From Craspedostauros australis (taxonomy: Eukaryota), in NCBI GenBank assembly GCA_030167865.1, contig JALAGF010002520.1, positions 1-52,231 of the forward strand: DNA of 52,231 nucleotides, read 5' to 3'. A program made the translations under genes and the position numbers. Positions 36,601 through 45,873 of the stretch are shown piece after piece (position 1 is the stretch's first letter; the number at the start of each line of letters is the position of its first letter). The notes below the pieces were generated by a model, which was given only the letters and a program-made list of their open reading frames with translations, did not search any database and was not told the origin of the DNA.

Positions 36601-36984
36601 TGTGAGGTCCTTGCGCGGCGGATTCTGCTGGTCGGAGTCGCTACCGTTGCTGTTGCTGTCGCCGTGGTTGTCTTCCTCGTCATTGGCGGCTTGGGTTTGA
36701 GCCTGAGTGTTGTGAGTTTTTCGATTCTGAGAGTACTGTGGTGAGGCGCACGGCGAAGTTGACGAGTCGGTTTCCAACTGCTGGCGCAGCAAGATGAGCT
36801 TGTCCTTCAAACGTTGGAGTTCGCCAGTGGTCGATGATACATCGCTGGAGTCGTCGGAGGGGATATCTCTGTTGATGTCGCCATTGCGATGAGCGGCACC
36901 GCCTGATCGTCCCGTCGCGCCATGGCTTGGCGGGAGCGAAATGCTATCATCGTCATCTTGGTTGGTCAGCACCATCGTGGGCAT
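30646..36984 (-). CDS. MER3: Meiotic Ski2-like DExH DNA helicase MER3/HFM1 with Sec63 domain; long disordered N- and C-termini, intronless
   Basis: FNHMQ, APTGAGKT, YISPSKALCEER..DW, TTPEKLD, DEVHLL...RGATLE, SATLPN, YRPVPL, HHAGL, TSTLSMGVNLPA.LVVIKGT, QMIGRAGRPG, plus a Sec63-like region (RRHEKKFLN...KAFILIQ). The first ATG is at 36984; the ORF-track start at 37068 is GTG. Confidence 0.92.
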   Translation of the reverse strand: MPTMVLTNQDDDDSISLPPSHGATGRSGGAAHRNGDINRDIPSDDSSDVSSTTGELQRLKDKLILLRQQLETDSSTSPCASPQYSQNRKTHNTQAQTQAANDEEDNHGDSNSNGSDSDQQNPPRKDLTSQLLASSDSSQSSNEEESIDLAEKYKISRPSIALEGSTTTTSKHGVSKSQLHSTSDSKRCPSTVQQALISVQRDQEERELHRSAPAHPQGNNTQVTPNTSGSGSTVNSSSASEPHQDAASSSSSSMQMQMLLPFGSSTSSSSSSSSSIPYVQSISYQCATSTTLPRTRLIQPIRGKSSVNQTAATKSAMSAKPSSNQGKHCSSPAHERPQKRPLQTSDVTNLPEKTDVPSPKKPIRNPYRLRKTPLPGGPAPPSHDIKASHERPHDKSKPVPAEEVAPFIYDTQFSDDENDLFFKESLDEHPSEGEYQHMPLDDAGTAVDGVQADGPKQRSGPEHIIDTTPKASPEKSAESHRNNDHRNDDGGEKHSIELNPSSTHAPVVDGSVQASATLPNRDEPPRRRDTSGNISQTDPTSTRGKKPKPVRTFRSANSPSTKASIIPVSEMSSSVVVVPEIQHHHYAPTPHRPGLQPRLLTFSEANRPVQDRTRCSISDFFGIPFDKLWKGRFSVFNHMQTEMANLLCHSDDHVVVAAPTGAGKTVLFEMAMIRLLSIDLEFQGRLMMQSNRIAPNSMVQPNSMSRQRKIVYISPSKALCEERFEDWSKRFAAINVGVKVSVITGDADGESFRTFAESHIILTTPEKLDSMTRNWTTRFLLFACIKLVLLDEVHLLGDENRGATLECIIVRMKTIQRAISSFQFGKEHLSTPSFAQHQHMQAMSFPMRIVAVSATLPNLQDIAELIGANEAYEFDSSYRPVPLDVHVWGAGRKGKNEFFFWNSLDQCVLNIIHKFSEGKQTLIFCHTKKECERLASFLSMGGRGQQFRGNKFAKIRTLNECMSKRVAYHHAGLDAQTRKFIEKDFAAGRLKWLCATSTLSMGVNLPARLVVIKGTMTWRGGSSGYQEIDPGTILQMIGRAGRPGLDTKGVAVVVTDDQSRDRIEGLAAGLGAAQSRLLPKIVQAINVEISQRVIVDLRSCFHWVQSTLLFVNLRQQSSEAEIDDKVMDVCKSAFRMLQGINAISLDKAGDLVRVNPASYIMSQKMVTLQMMERIHALPADATECQLMHVLARDEAIDFPVRRHEKKFLNEKHKELRFKINTGPLSKFRVKEPWEKAFILIQCYISQFEFNDFTLSQEMSSTCNKAMQVLEATLQHSVHASKHGDIAYQCLRLTRAISTCVWGDNSNVLYQFPMVNQEKAGKLRFNGIATFDDVVKSSDAVIGKAVGQPARFGRELRGHVISALQSGLSIKARVERTKESNRPTDVFCDLVRDSDVPFGAEIAMIPKKTHSITFTLLVYADHPGSLIFFEDNVSGPKHFRFECPTKFHKLYIRLLASLVGLDKVFEVSGDCSVDGITVDANTPRTLEAQGNSAPNSKHCDRRSSNHHQTPSQQKQRDIRGVVKSTSTKTPSKRATKATPRCRKASVKVPTVAASMTTSRMEKGILRNIGTQAQASSERMARVMADAQHNVQTQEAAKKSITPRMIEGADKSIARGPASSQRLHQHSQHGRSPTRFGLAGSTLQNADTREQAGTPASAPRPSDARPAFIDIPNSQASPMSQMSPTSSSLQSSVARSRSRPDWGRAKREMQRKQTRAFSSKKDNPFTHYKHDPNDAEGLLESLSHDDDVKQSAPSSQRQPISSSCSFQRPQYIRQGRSVSPRSVHRPFSRSRQFVKRRRVAEPSLSTPQLLRQKAAEQEAYRLEYANRHAAPWQSQQSNQPLRLPQHRGGFVPSSQTHRLAPFVNTQNTTGLAASQNWSPSMSIQQPMIPTMMMASQQPDQQHRHQPYQSQQYHYLQQPQQFVPPQSSQFARFRQMQRPQFPGRHQGYVGRPQSTARTRAPRMLRPASISTQIMAQQGYLRPAATAAASSSSVPYRTVPAQLGGVPATTNPYDAQPYHEFEGVGSTGMLPVPAVEAPMEQPHFAASTYGNAYEPSQTHTVTPYFDMPMGEGEHGEGGEEMADFDPRASINMPFASQPPPSAPPQQDNRSFDGAFM

Positions 36985-37734
36985 GGTTGGTCGTGGTGGC
37001 CCGTTGGCGAAGACTGCGTTTCGACGATGACGACGGCAGCGTTGGCGCCAAGAAGGGTGGAGGTACACTCAGCTCACTGATACTGGGATGCTTTGGGAAT
37101 ATGAGAAATGCCAGCACCGACGCTATCGATGCCGTTGTCGCTGTCGGTAGAGTATACGCTTCGACTCTTTGATATTGCTGTCGTTGTGCACGAGTGTCTG
37201 TTTTGTGTGCAATGGCGCTATTCTTGGTGGCCGCTGATGCTGTTGTTGCTGCGCTTGTATTTTCGGCACACGAGGGAGGATGCAAAGACAGAGCGAGAAA
37301 AGATACGATTCTTCTTCGTTGATGTTCTTCGCGCCGCAAATTCTTCGCACGGAGCGTGATTTTGGCGCCAACATTTTGGATGCCCACATCAACACCGTGT
37401 AAACCTGTGGGACTCTCCGCGTCGGCATGAAAGTTCGAGCAGTTGGATGGCTTGGTGGAGAGGAAAGGCACGGCTGGATGCACCCATCCGCCTGAGTCAT
37501 CATGTGTGGCACTGCATCATGGCATCATGGAGATGCCATCCAATTTGTACCAGAAAGAGAACAGCGGCGGGACCCGAGCCCCCGCCGGAATAAGGATGGA
37601 ATTGTAAATCATTAAGTTTATGGCATTCGTATGCGACCCTGGTCTCTTTTTGTAGATTCCATGGTGGTAATTGAGCAGATGGACGATGCGCATCAGCGGT
37701 CTCCCATCGAATGGAGACGCACCGTGGGGTGTTT

Positions 37735-38409
37735 CTACTGCTCGTCCTTGATCATGAAGTCTTCGAATGTGACATCGAATCCGTCGGAGTTGGGCGACGC
37801 GCAGTACAATCCCACCTCGAGGATCTGGTCATCAACGATGTCACCCTGTCGGATCTGCATCCAATCGAAGGAGTCCTCAGAGATGTAAACCTCCAGGCCA
37901 TCTCCGATCTTCTTGGCGTGGACCCACATGTACTCCGGCAGCGTCGGCAGCGGGTGCATGGACATGTCGCTCCAATCGTGAGTGATGGTGGAGCACATGT
38001 GCGGGACGTCCCCGATCATCTCGATGCCGCACTTGATCCAGTTCTCCGCGTCCTCCCGAACCATGATGCCCGCCTGGTCACCGGGGCTGCCGTAGTTGGC
38101 CTTGACCTTGACACGCACCTCGAAGTCACCTTCGACATCCAGGAAGTAAAACGTGGCGGAGTCGTCCACCTTGTTCGTCATCGTTTTCCGCCAGAAGTTG
38201 GTGTGGCCGGGGACGCTCATCATGACGGTCGTCCTGTGCTGCGACCATTCCTCCGGCTCGTTGTGCCAGTTCATGCCCTCTCGTCGACGCCGCACACCAT
38301 CCTCTGCCTCTTCCTCTTCTTCAGATTCCTCCTCCTCTTCCTCCTCAGAATAGACCTCATCCTCTTCGCCGTTCTCGATGGCCAACACTTCGCTGTCACT
38401 GTCACTCAT
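37735..38409 (-). CDS. DUF1349 / REE1-like concanavalin-A fold protein, copy A, with a poly-Glu N-terminus
   Basis: WHNEP..W, TNFWR.T, GDFEVRV, DQAGIMVR.D.ENWIKCGIE, VGLYCASP...GFDVTF. Confidence 0.88.
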   Translation of the reverse strand: MSDSDSEVLAIENGEEDEVYSEEEEEEESEEEEEAEDGVRRRREGMNWHNEPEEWSQHRTTVMMSVPGHTNFWRKTMTNKVDDSATFYFLDVEGDFEVRVKVKANYGSPGDQAGIMVREDAENWIKCGIEMIGDVPHMCSTITHDWSDMSMHPLPTLPEYMWVHAKKIGDGLEVYISEDSFDWMQIRQGDIVDDQILEVGLYCASPNSDGFDVTFEDFMIKDEQ

Positions 38410-39343
38410 GGTTGCTATCCTTGTTTGGTGTTTTCTTGCTGATGCTTTGTTCTTGTTGCTGGTGCTGATGGTTGCTGATGGTTGTCGTTGCTTCTCACGT
38501 GATGGTTGTCGCGTTGTGCCAGAGATCGAGAATTCGACGCGGACTTCCTTGACGGAACCTCTTCAACTCTTGGTGATCGTCGGCCTGGTGACCTCTCTGG
38601 TGACGTCGATGCCTACTTGGTTGCAGTTGGATCGAGGGAGGCGGAGGCAAGGAGAGGGAGATGTCCGTTTGCCTTCGGGTGCTTTTGGGTTTCCGCCTTC
38701 AGTGGCCTTGTGCAGTGTGTCGTTGTTCGCATCGCGGTTTTGTGTGAAGGAAAGATCCGCCTGGTTGGTCATGGCACGACTCAATAGTCATTCCGATGAT
38801 TGTTGAGAAATTTAGCTTTGTTTCACGCAGAGTGACCTCGAAAGATCCTTGGGTCTTCCATTCATGAATCACATCTCGGGCACAATGGAATCCATCGCCT
38901 CCGCCACCTCCACCGTCATCGTGATGTCCCTTGTTGGTCTTCGTTCTTTGCTTTCCTCCTTCCCTTGTTGCTGTTGTTGTTGTTGTTGTCGTGCGTGACC
39001 GCTCCTTTGGCGGTTGATTGTGAAGGAGGGAGGAATCACGGAAAGGAGGCAGGCCCAACCGGGACATCAATAGAATCGGCACAGTCTCTTCCCCAATTGT
39101 TTCAGCTCTGTGCGAGCACAGGTAGTCCTATCTTCACCGATCTGAGCAACAGCGACAGCAACAACTGCGGTCGTGCCGTTGCGATCCGCACACTCCAGCT
39201 TTCAGAAGCAGCAACCAAGAGCAGACACCATTACGAACCTCGTCGACATTGCCATCGACATTGTCATCGACATTGTCAATACGCACCAACACCAACACCA
39301 ATAGCAATAACAACAGCAACAACAGCACAACGCAACCAACAAA
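38410..39343. promoter_or_regulatory. Probable bidirectional promoter between the two DUF1349 genes
   Basis: 934 bp between divergent ATGs. TG/GTT-rich tracts dominate next to copy A and CAA-rich tracts next to copy B, so each gene has a CAA-rich leader on its own strand. Confidence 0.6.
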
Positions 39344-40033
39344 ATGGTGAAGGTCACGAAGCAAGATATGCGATGGACGAACGAGCCGGAGAAGTGGAAG
39401 AACAAGGAGGAGGGAGTCAAGATCACGTGCCCTGGTGAGGTCGACTTCTGGCGCAACACCCTGCACGGCTTCGTCAAGGACGATGCCCCGTTCTACTGGA
39501 TGTACGTTGACTACGATTTCGAGGCCCGCTTGACCCTGCGCGGCAAGTTCCGAACGCTCTACGACCAGGCCGGCATGATGCTCCGGCTGGACGAGGAGAA
39601 CTGGATCAAGGCCGGTATCTGCATGTTCCGCGACCAGCTCCATGTCAGCGTCGTCTTCACCCGAGGCAACTCCGACTGGTCCACCCACCGCCTGCCGATC
39701 AAGAAGGTCGAGGCCTTCCACATCTGGATGAAGCGCACGGGGGAGTGCGTTGAGGTGCACTACTCGCTCGACGGCGACAACTGGATCAAGGTCCGCACCG
39801 GCCACTTCGTCGATGCACCGAGATTACGCTGCGGCATGATGTGCGCCGCTCCGGAATCAGTGGGCTTCAAGGTTAACTTCGAGAACTTCATGATCAAGGG
39901 CGCTGTCGACGACGAGGACTTTGCCGACGATCCTCTCCCAAACCCGGCCGATTCTCTGCTGCTCGAAGGGCAGAAGAAGGAACCGAAGGCCGAGGAGGCT
40001 GTCGAGGAGACCGCTCTCGTGGAGGCTGACTAA
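39344..40033 (+). CDS. DUF1349 / REE1-like concanavalin-A fold protein, copy B
   Basis: WTNEP..W, DFWRNT.HGF..D, LYDQAGMMLRLDEENWIKAGI, SDWS, YSLDG..W..VR, GMMCAAPE..GF.V.F. Confidence 0.9.
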   Translation: MVKVTKQDMRWTNEPEKWKNKEEGVKITCPGEVDFWRNTLHGFVKDDAPFYWMYVDYDFEARLTLRGKFRTLYDQAGMMLRLDEENWIKAGICMFRDQLHVSVVFTRGNSDWSTHRLPIKKVEAFHIWMKRTGECVEVHYSLDGDNWIKVRTGHFVDAPRLRCGMMCAAPESVGFKVNFENFMIKGAVDDEDFADDPLPNPADSLLLEGQKKEPKAEEAVEETALVEAD

Positions 40034-40912
40034 GCTTCCGCCATCGCACAGATTTCTACGTAGAATAGAGGGAGCACGATCACGAACAAGAGCAAGAGGA
40101 GGACCGCGCACAAGACCAACCAAGAAGAAGGTACCAGCGATAACGGCGGCGTGGACGGCGGCGACGATGGTCACAGGGTAGGAAGTACATGGAGCGAGAC
40201 GCAGTAAGTTGTGGCGCAACGCGAAAAGGTGTTGCACATATCACCTTCCAAGGATTTTCCTGACAGCCCGCGCCAAACCAAATTATCGGTTCAGTCGCCA
40301 GGTTACCACATGAAACCCCGCCACTCACGCTGGCAGAATTCAAAATGTACCAAGTTCTTATTTAATTCAATCATTGCATTTCATTCTCTGCCAAGCTCCG
40401 GTCTCTCACTCTTTACGATCGGCTGCAACAGCGATGCGACCATGGCATCCGATGCGATTCTAATTTGTTTCTTATTCGGAGTCGCGGAGGCGTCGTATCA
40501 TACCATATCATGCTTGCCGCACCATACTTCGACTCACCGAGCTGGATCATTGCACCGCCGGTCGCAACAACAGTGGCGGCGACGGCTGCCCATGTCCGAA
40601 TGTTCTCGTCTGCCTTTACCCAAGGGACTTGCCATGACAAAAGCCACCAGAACAGTACCCGCATTTACTTTCACTCCGTTCTAATCTACAGACGGCACAC
40701 ATTCTGATTTGTCAATTTGTCTCATTGCGCATTACTGGGTACTAATGCCTTTTGGCTCTCAAAAGTGTTGCATGGAATCAGTCTCTTCCGGTGTCGTTCA
40801 TCGCAGCAGATTGCTGCATTTGACTCAGCTCTTTGCTCTGGGTGTCTATCTGAAGGTGTTGAGATCCAGCGTGGGGTGCATCGCTCTTTGACGACATCGG
40901 TCCGTGCCCGAT

Positions 40913-41944
40913 TCACAGCTTCACTGCTTTGACTCGGGATGGGCGGAGCACCCAGCGGAAGCCGATGCGCTCCAGCCGCCGGAAGCGATTCCCTCGTGTC
41001 GACTCATCCAAATGAACCCCCTTGACCATATCGTTGAGGTACTGCTTGCGCTGCCCTTTCACCCAAACTCCCAGCTGCGGATTCGCCTTGTACACCACAG
41101 GGACGTTGGTGTGCCCATACTTCTTCTTGAATTCCAGCAGGTCGTTGAATCGTCGCTCCCAACTCTCGACATGAGAGTCCCAGACGAAACCGAGTTGCTC
41201 GAGCTTCTCCTGTCGTTCATCCGTCATCGTCGAATGCTTGCTATCCAGCTTTCGCTTGTACTGGTACCGCTGGCGGTTGACCCAGTGCGACAACGTGATG
41301 TTCTGCTTTGGGTCCACCAAGCAGTGGCCGTACTTGCCATGGAAGGCCCGAAGCTGCTTGAAGCGTTCCATCCACTTCCCAGGATGATGTTTTCGGAATT
41401 TGATGGTTGACTGTTTGCGGGCCGCTGGTTTGGTTGCCACTGGCTTGCCCAGCACCGGAGTGCCACTCTTTTCACTGTCGCTTGTGTCGCTGGACTCATT
41501 GCTTGGAAGAGAACCGCAAGAGAACTGGAACAAAGTGTCCTCCATCTCAGAGTCAATCCATCCAAGGAGCGGCAGTGCGCAACTGTCGAACGGGCAAGCA
41601 TCACCGCGAAAGTCGATGGGATCGCACTGGGCTGCCCGCCGTGAATGCTGCCCAACACTGATCTCCGATGGCAGCGCCGAGGCTGTGACGGGCGCAGGAC
41701 GGTTGAATGTACAATTGAGGACGTCTGCGATGTTCTGTCGTTCATCGTGGCACACGAAGGATTCGTTGGGATGCACGGTGCCCACGATCCGGACAGCATC
41801 ATACCTGATCGGCCGAGGGTCGGCCCAATGTGAGTCGTCTTGATCATTTCTTGCTTTCGTTTTGTCGTTCCAGACGATGCTTGCATCGATGCCGTCTGTC
41901 GTGAGATATGGTTGGTTGTCGTGAACCTGTGTTGTGGAAATCAT
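40913..41944 (-). CDS. Helicase-associated (HA, PF03457-type) domain protein with two HA repeats and no helicase domain
   Basis: WMERFKQL..F...YGHC.V...LSHWV.RQR.QY...R...LEQLGFVW and WERRF..L..FK..YGHTNVP..Y..NPQLG.WV..QR.QY...RLERIGF.W. Start taken at ATG 41944. Confidence 0.88.
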   Translation of the reverse strand: MISTTQVHDNQPYLTTDGIDASIVWNDKTKARNDQDDSHWADPRPIRYDAVRIVGTVHPNESFVCHDERQNIADVLNCTFNRPAPVTASALPSEISVGQHSRRAAQCDPIDFRGDACPFDSCALPLLGWIDSEMEDTLFQFSCGSLPSNESSDTSDSEKSGTPVLGKPVATKPAARKQSTIKFRKHHPGKWMERFKQLRAFHGKYGHCLVDPKQNITLSHWVNRQRYQYKRKLDSKHSTMTDERQEKLEQLGFVWDSHVESWERRFNDLLEFKKKYGHTNVPVVYKANPQLGVWVKGQRKQYLNDMVKGVHLDESTRGNRFRRLERIGFRWVLRPSRVKAVKL

Positions 41945-42242
41945 GGTGTGATAGGGCGTTAGTGCAGTATCGTGTGTATTCTTTCTTGTCGTCGTCGTAT
42001 ACGTTGTGTGGCAACACCTTCGCTTGCTTTTCTCTTTTCTTCCTGCCGCATGCACACTTGGGTTGAGTGGAAATGTGTGGTCTTGCCAGTGCTGTTGGTG
42101 ACGTGAGGCACGCTGAAAACGTTCCACGCCTGCCTTCCTTCTCTGTCAACGCTTGCTGTGTTTGCTTTGGCTCCTGTGCCGACTGTGATGATTGTGATGA
42201 TCTATCTTTTGGTCGATGTGATCCGATGCGATGCGACGTCGT

Positions 42243-42275
42243 GTGATGTGATGTGATGTGATTTGATGTGATGTG
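42243..42275 (+). repeat. (GATGT)n pentanucleotide microsatellite in the leader of the HA-domain gene
   Basis: gtgatgtgatgtgatgtgatttgatgtgatgtg, read directly. Confidence 0.8.
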
Positions 42276-43608
42276 GTGCAGTCCAAGGTGATTGTCGATT
42301 TGCGGGTGTGGAAGTGCAGTTTGTGCGAATTGTGTGATTGTGTGGAGTCGAGTTCGCGATTTTTGTGGATGTTGTCGTTTGTGGTGCGTGTTGGTGATGT
42401 GGTGCGAGGAATTGGAGAAGCGAAACGTGATTGATGTTGGATGCTCCACGTATGTTCCTCGGACACGTAAATGTACCTTTCTCTTGTTCTTTGTTTAAAA
42501 CAAATAACCATGTGGTCTTTCACGGTACTAAAAGGCGTATTCGCAATTCGCAGGCGACTCAAGTGGACTAGCCACCTCAAGTCTTCACACAGGGTTCCAA
42601 AGGAACGTTCAATTAGGAATGCAAGGAACAATTTGACGAAAACATGTTCGGAAATTCCTGCATGCTGTTTTCTTCGCAAAGAATGCTGACGACGTGGAAT
42701 GACGTAGCATTCGAAAAAACGATAGTTGCGGTAAATAGAATATAAATTGTTATATACAGACATATCGCGCTTCAAACATGAAACACCCCACGCTAAAATT
42801 AACTTACTCCAAACGAATTCACGCATACGCTATAAATAATATAGTTTATATAGATATACCCCACTGGTTTCTCTTTGCTCATCGAGAATCGAAGATGACG
42901 TGGTGTTCCTTGAATGGCTTCGTTGCCACATATTGGAGAACCGACAAGGCCCATCACCCCTCCCCATGTTCATTGCACGTTTGGGAATAGCAACACGAAG
43001 AACAATCGTCACCGGAGCGAAAGGGAAGGCTCTCTGACGAAATCCGATGCCGTTTTCTGGGTCTTGGCGAAGAGACTTGCCACCTCATCAGAGAGTGTTC
43101 TGCAGAACATTCGTTCAGATGTTGACTTAATTATCATCACTGCCAACGGTATCCGGCAACGCACACGGTCCAAACCATTCTCCAATGACTCTTTGTGTGA
43201 CACGCACCAGCCATGGTACAATCACTCATCAAGACATCACCTCCCACATGATGATGGGATGCGGACAAGAACACCAGTGCGCTTCGGAACCGCGACGCAG
43301 AAATCGCCCGCCACCAATGCGCGGCCGTCTTGTGTCGAGCCTCCGCGGCATCCGCTTTGCCCATGTCCATACCCGCATCCCGACCCCCGCTTTTGTCATT
43401 TGTTCCCTGGATCAAATGGAACCATCACCGCACGTTCGCTTCAGGTAGCCCGCTTGCTTTTTGGAACCAACCGCAGGAAAATCTATTACCCCGTCCTCAT
43501 TCCTCCGCTTCCTTGTTCCGTGCCTCCACTTGTGCGCTGTTCCACTCCGATCAATTCCGATCTGATCCCTGGCCGCCACCATCAAACCTTTCTCCACGAA
43601 TGCGATCC

Positions 43609-45873
43609 TCACGAGAATAGTCCTGGCAATTCGCCGATTCGTTGCACCGCCAATGTGAGCAGCACCGCTAGTATGAATGTGCCTCCCGTCGTGGAGAAGA
43701 CAATGACCGAGAAAGCACTCTGTTCGTCCTCTTGGGGGTTGGATACGTTCATACCGAAGAATGAGCCTACCAAGGACGCCAGCGTCACACACAGCGACAT
43801 GATGCTGAAGATCATGTTGATGTACAGCAGCCGGTTCCGAATCGCATCCGACTTGCGTCCTGTGTACGCCTCTGTGGATGTGATCTGGACTTCGAGAAGA
43901 GCGAGGGAGTTGTTCAGCGTGTTGGCTCGTTGGAGGTACGACTCCAATATGTACTCCGGTTCATCAGACTCCTCATCCAGGATCTCCTGTGGCACAGGTT
44001 GCATGTAGCGATCTGGGTGCGTGAGCAATCGGGATAGGTTCATCAGCGCCATATCCTCGTAGTCCTCGAGCACCATCTCAAGCGCGTGCGCCAATCCCTG
44101 CACTCGCGATTTCATTTCTTGAATGTCATTCTTCATGTGACGGAGCATCTCCTGCGCCAGATCTCCAGGATTGCTGCCAGGTGCGAGGACCGATTGGACC
44201 GTGTCGAAGACCTTGATCTGCAGGAATTCCACCTCGTCGGCAAGCATGTTGCACACGCTGTGAAGCACGGCATCGACGGATTGCAGCTCGAATGGAAGAT
44301 CGATCCACTCGCCGTTGTCCATCTCGCTCCATTCCGAATCCACTAAGGATTCGAATATTACCATGTCGTCTGTATCGTGCGCTTCGTATTCCTCTTCGCT
44401 TCCTTCAGGTTCGTCATGCACGCTTCCTCGATTTTCAACAAAGGCGCCGTTGTTCGCAACGCCGCCGCCGGCACTGTGTACGGATCCTGCCAATGGATCA
44501 AGTTCGGTGACGGTTTGGACAGGAACAGCAAACGAGACTTTCGATTTGCTCTGCTGATTTGCATCTCCGTCTCCTTCCCCGGTTTCCGCATCACGCGCAT
44601 CATCGGCGGCGTTTGCACGGGGAGCATCATTATCATGATCGATACCAGTATTGACATGGAGAATGCCTGTCTTGGAACGCCCGCTCTCTTCACTGTCGCT
44701 GCTGCTACTGCTGTTGCGGAGATCACTTGCAGCGTCACGGTCGGTATGAATGGGAGACTCCGTCTGCGCGAACGATGCCGTGCTGTCTCTCACATCCTCG
44801 CTGCCGGTCGCCGACGAGTACTGCGAGTTGTAGTGATGCTCCGAACCTCCATGCACTTTCTTTTCGAGCTCGTTCAACAGCGAATCGGCACCGTCGGGCA
44901 CCAGCACGAGCAATCGGTCTCTGAGGATGATCGCTCGGAGCGGGTCGAAGTTGAGCAGCATGGCATGACGGCGCACGATGAGTTCCGGGGCATTGGACGC
45001 TGAGAATTGCGTGACGAGCTTTCGCATGTCTCTGGGGTGGAGAAAACCACCAAGGCGCTTGTCCACGTCCTTTCCAAAGAACCGCGTTTCCAGGTCCTGG
45101 TGGTTTGCAGTCCTATCGTTGGGGTCGCTGTGGGTACCATCGATACTGCTGCTGCGAGTACGCTCGCCTGGTTGCCCCGACCCCATCGGAACAGAGGAGG
45201 ATGAGTTGAGCACGGCATTTCCCAACGCGAGCTTCTCCAACCATCGCTGACTAGACCTCAGGTTGATGGTGGACATCCTATCTCCAGAGAAATCATGATG
45301 AGGTGACGTGGCATCGTATTTGTACTTGCCCTTCTTGATTGCGTTGAGAGTGTACTTGTAAAGCGAACGGGCAGTAAAATTTTTGTATTGCGAGGTTCTA
45401 TCCGTGTGTAGGGAATGCCATGGATGTTAGCGGTCATCATGCAGTAGGTGATGATGGTGGTGGTGCGGTTGTGGGATTGCGTTGGCATTCGGCAGGCAAT
45501 GTCGTATCGGCCCATCATGCAAAAGCGATTGGCAGAAGGCGTGAGGGTGAACTTGTTTTAGCACAGAGCGCAAGAGTCAAACAGCAATGGAAGTGGACGA
45601 TCGGCGGCCGGCTTATCCTCAGAGTGCTGAACACAAAGACGAATCAACGAACGATCAGGCGACGGATCCTCGGTCCGTCACATGCGATGCACCAACTCAC
45701 CCATCGTTCTTGATCTCAAACACGAGCAGCTCTTCCAACCGCCCGTGCAACGTCGCCGTACGCTGGGACCATTGCTCTCTGTCCTCGATGAAGGAAGGCA
45801 GCAACTTCGACGGGATCTTCATTTGCGGATTACGCGCATACTGATCGCGGAAGGCCGCATTCATGCCCTGCAT
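43609..45873 (-). CDS. MRS2: MRS2/CorA-family Mg2+ channel; exons 45873-45701 and 45397-43609
   Basis: LHPRDMRKL, ELIVRRHAMLLN...RAII, LPFEL, DMALMNL, E..LESY, RNRLL, two TM helices flanking FGMN. Intron 45700-45398 (gg|gtgagt...ggatag|a) joins an upstream exon ending EELLVFEIKNDG in frame. The exact start is uncertain and a further 5' exon is possible. Confidence 0.88.

Noticed and set aside
37565-37587. GC hairpin cggcggg-N9-cccgccg
   Set aside because: Only a 7-bp stem with no U-tract, and intrinsic terminators are not relevant to Pol II genes. Compatible with chance.
40913-40925. C-terminal VKL of the HA protein as a PTS1
   Set aside because: Val at -3 is non-canonical, and the domain content suggests a nucleic-acid-binding role.
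43094-43107. 14-bp palindrome tgttctgcagaaca considered as a heat-shock element
   Set aside because: TTC/GAA spacing does not fit the nGAAn array pattern, and it is a single isolated occurrence.
42914-44008. 364-aa plus-strand ORF overlapping the MRS2 3' end
   Set aside because: Partly an antisense shadow of MRS2; the remainder has no recognisable features.
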